This document shows positions 61,046-64,000 of a stretch of DNA of 64,000 nucleotides, in pieces. Location of the stretch: NCBI GenBank assembly GCA_030390025.1, contig CM059432.1, positions 30,754,001-30,818,000 of the forward strand, written 5' to 3'. The notes below the pieces were generated by a model. That model did not search any database, had not been told where the DNA came from, and saw nothing but the letters and a program-made list of their open reading frames with translations. Positions within the stretch are counted from its first letter, which is position 1, and each line of letters starts with the position of its first letter. This DNA comes from Squalus acanthias (lineage: Eukaryota). The position numbers and the translations under genes were made by a program.

Positions 61046-64000
61046 GAGTTATACAGCTCAGAAAGAGGCCCTTCGGCCCATCGTGTCGGCGCCAGCCATC
61101 AAGCCCTATCTATTCTAATCCCATTTTCCAGCACTTGGTCCATAGCCTTGTATGCTATGGCGTTTCAAGTGCTCATCTAAATGCTTCTTGAATGTTGTGA
61201 GGGTTCCTGCCTCTACCACCCTTTCAGGCAGTGAGTTCCAGATTCCAACCCTCTGGGTGAAAAAGTTTTTCCTCAAATCCCCTCTAAACCTCCTGCCCCT
61301 TACCTTGAAACTATGCCCTCTGGTTATTGACCCCTCTACTAAGGGGAAAAGTTCCTTTCTATCTACCCTATCTATGCCCTCATAATTTTGTACACCTCAA
61401 TCAGGTCCCCCCTCAGCCTTCTCTGCTCTAAGGAAAACAACCCCAGCCTGTCCAGTCTCTCTTCATAGCTGAAGCGCTCCAGCCCAGGTAACATCCTGGT
61501 GAATCTCCTCTGCACCCTCTCCAATGCGACCAGAACTGCACACAGTATTCCAGCTGTGGCCTAACTAGCGTTTTGTACAGCTTCATCATAACCTCCCAGC
61601 TCTTATATTCTATGCCTCGGCTAATGAAGGCAAGTATCCCATATGCCTTTTTAACCACCTTATCCACCTGTCCTGCTGCCTTCAGGGATCTATGTACATG
61701 CACACCAAGGTCCCTCTGATCCTCTGTCCTTCCTAGGGTCCTACCATTCATTGTGTATTCCCTTGCCTTGTTAGTCCTCCCAAAATGCATCACCTCACAC
61801 TTTTTGGGGTTAAATTCCACTTGCCACTGTTCTGCCCATCTGACCAACCCGTCTATATCGTCCTGTAGCCTGAGGCTTCCCTCCTCGCTATTTACCACTC
61901 CACCAATTTTCGTGTCATCTGCGAACTTACTGATCATTCCTCCTACATTCATATTTAAATCATTAATGTACACTACAAACAGCAAAGGACCCAGCACCGA
62001 TCCCTGCGGTACACCACTGGACACAGGCTTCCAGTCACAAAAACAACCTTCGACCATTACCCTCTGCCTTCTGCCACTAAGCCAATTTTGGATCCAATGT
62101 GCCAAATTGCCCTGGATCCCATGTGCTCTTACCTTCTTGACCAGTCTCCCATGCGGGACTTTTTCAAAAGCCTTACTGAAGTCCATGTAGACTACATCAA
62201 CTGCACTACCCTCATCCACACACCTAGTCACCCCCTCTCAAAATTCAATCAAATTGGTTAGACATGATCTCCCCCTGACAAAGCCATGCTGACTATCTTG
62301 ATTAGTCCTTGCCTCTCCAAGTGGAGACTAATTCTGTCCCTCAGAATTTTTTCCAATAATTTCCCTACCACTGATGTTAGGCTCACTAGCCTGTAATTCC
62401 CTGGTTTATCCCTACTACCCTTCTTGAATAATGGTACTACGTTAGCTGTCCTCCAGTCCTCTGGCACCTCCCCTGTGGCCAGGGAGATTCTGAAAATTTG
62501 TGTCAAAGCCCCTGCAATCTCCTCCTTTGCCTCACACAGCAGCCTGGGATACATCTTTTCTGGGCCTGGGAATTTATCAACTTTTAAGCCCACTAAAACT
62601 GCTAGTACCTCCTCCCTCTCAATACTAATTTGTTCAAGTATATCACAATCCCCCTGCCTGATTTCTATGCCTACATCGTCCTTCTCCATAGTGAACACAG
62701 ATGCAAAATATTCATTTAAAACCTCATCCACATCTTCCGGCTCTACACACAGATTGCCACTTTGGTCCCTAATGGGCCCTACTCTTTCCCTGTTTATCCT
62801 TTTGCCCTTAATATACTTATAAAACACCTTGGGATTTTCCTTTATTTTGCCCGCCAGTGTTTTTTCATGCCCCCTCTTCGCTCTCCTAACTTCTTTTTTA
62901 AGTACCCCCCTGCACTTTCTACACTCCTCTAGGGCTTCCACTGTTTTTAGTCCTTTGTATCTGCCAAAAGCCTCCCTTTTTTTCCTAATCCATTCTTGTA
63001 TATCCCTTGACATTCAGGGTTCCCTGGGCTTGTTGGTCCCACCCTTGACCTTTACGGGAACATGTTGGCATTGTACTCTCTCTATTTCCTTTCTGAAAGA
63101 CTCCCACTGCTCTGATGTGGATTTCCCAGTCCACTTTGGCCAGATCCTGCCTTATCATATTAAAATCGGCCTTCCCCCAATTTAGAACCTTTTCCATGAC
63201 TACCTTAAATCTCACCGAATTATGGTCACTGTCACCAAAATGCTCTCCTACTAACACTTCTACCACTTGCCCGGCTACATTCCCTAGAATTAGGTTCAGT
63301 ATTGCCCCCTCTCTTGTAGGACTTTCTACATGCTGGCCCAAAAAGCTTTCCTGGATGCACTTTAAGAATTCCGCACCCTCTAAGCCTTTCACACTCTGAC
63401 TATCCCAGTTAATATTGGGGAAGTTGAAATCCCCTATTATTACCCTATTATTTCTACACTTCTCTGAGATTTGCCTGCCTATCTGTTCCTCTATCTCCCC
63501 CTGACTGTTTGGGGGCCAATAGTACACTCCCAGCAAAGTGCTTGCCCCCTTTTTGTTTTTAAGTTCTACCCATATGGCCTCATTAGAGGAACCTGCTAAG
63601 ATATATTCCCTCCTTACAGCAGTAATTGACTCCTTAATTACACCCCCCTCTGTCTCGCCTGAAGATTCTATACCCCGGAATATTGAGCTGCCAGTCCTGC
63701 CCCTCCCTCAATCATGTCTCTGTGATAGCTACAATATCATACTCCCATGTGATCATCAACACCTTCAATTCATCTGCCTTACTCGCAAGACTCCTTGCAT
63801 TAAAATAAATGCCATCCAGCCTTGCCATACTCCCTTGTGCCATTACATATTTGCTCTGCCTTCCAGGCTGACTTGTTTTTTCCTCTATATTTGGCTGTGC
63901 ATCACCCCCTAATATAGCTCCACTCCGTATCCCATCCCCCTGCCAAGTTAGTTTAAACTCCCCCCGACAGTACTAGCAAACCTCCCCGCAAGGATGTTGG
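61046..64000 (-). mobile_element. CR1 LINE ORF2 (endonuclease plus RT), frameshifted, runs off the window; tail begins at 56851
   Basis: IIGDFNFP, SDHN (APE endonuclease), DWRTANV, PQGSVLGP, KFADD. Confidence 0.93.

Overview
Vertebrate (almost certainly cartilaginous-fish) genomic DNA made almost entirely of nested transposable elements, with no host protein-coding exon that I can support. The shark assignment rests on SacSINE1/Deu-type, HE1/V-type and CR1/HER1-type repeats. Contents: a near-complete Penelope-like element and several Penelope ends carrying minimal hammerhead ribozymes; two nearly full-length two-gene Harbinger/PIF transposons plus older copies and MITEs; CR1, L2 and RTE LINE fragments; two long solo LTRs; a very young intact Gypsy retrotransposon; and an 8.4-kb endogenous retrovirus-like provirus (24959-33349). 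The provirus is the most unusual object. It has LTRs, a 4-bp TSD, a tRNA-Arg PBS and a CCHC gag, but no pol. An in-frame diverged second gag module plus Pro/Glu-rich repeats follows the gag UGA instead. Its spliced env-like gene reads signal peptide, immunoglobulin-like domain, Thr-rich linker, then a paramyxovirus-F-like (lokiretrovirus-type) fusion ectodomain with no membrane anchor. The second highlight is the Gypsy element, which lacks a tRNA PBS, has a 12-nt sequence complementary to its own LTR poly(A)-signal region instead, and has a YLDN RT motif. All family assignments are by-eye motif recognition, not database results.
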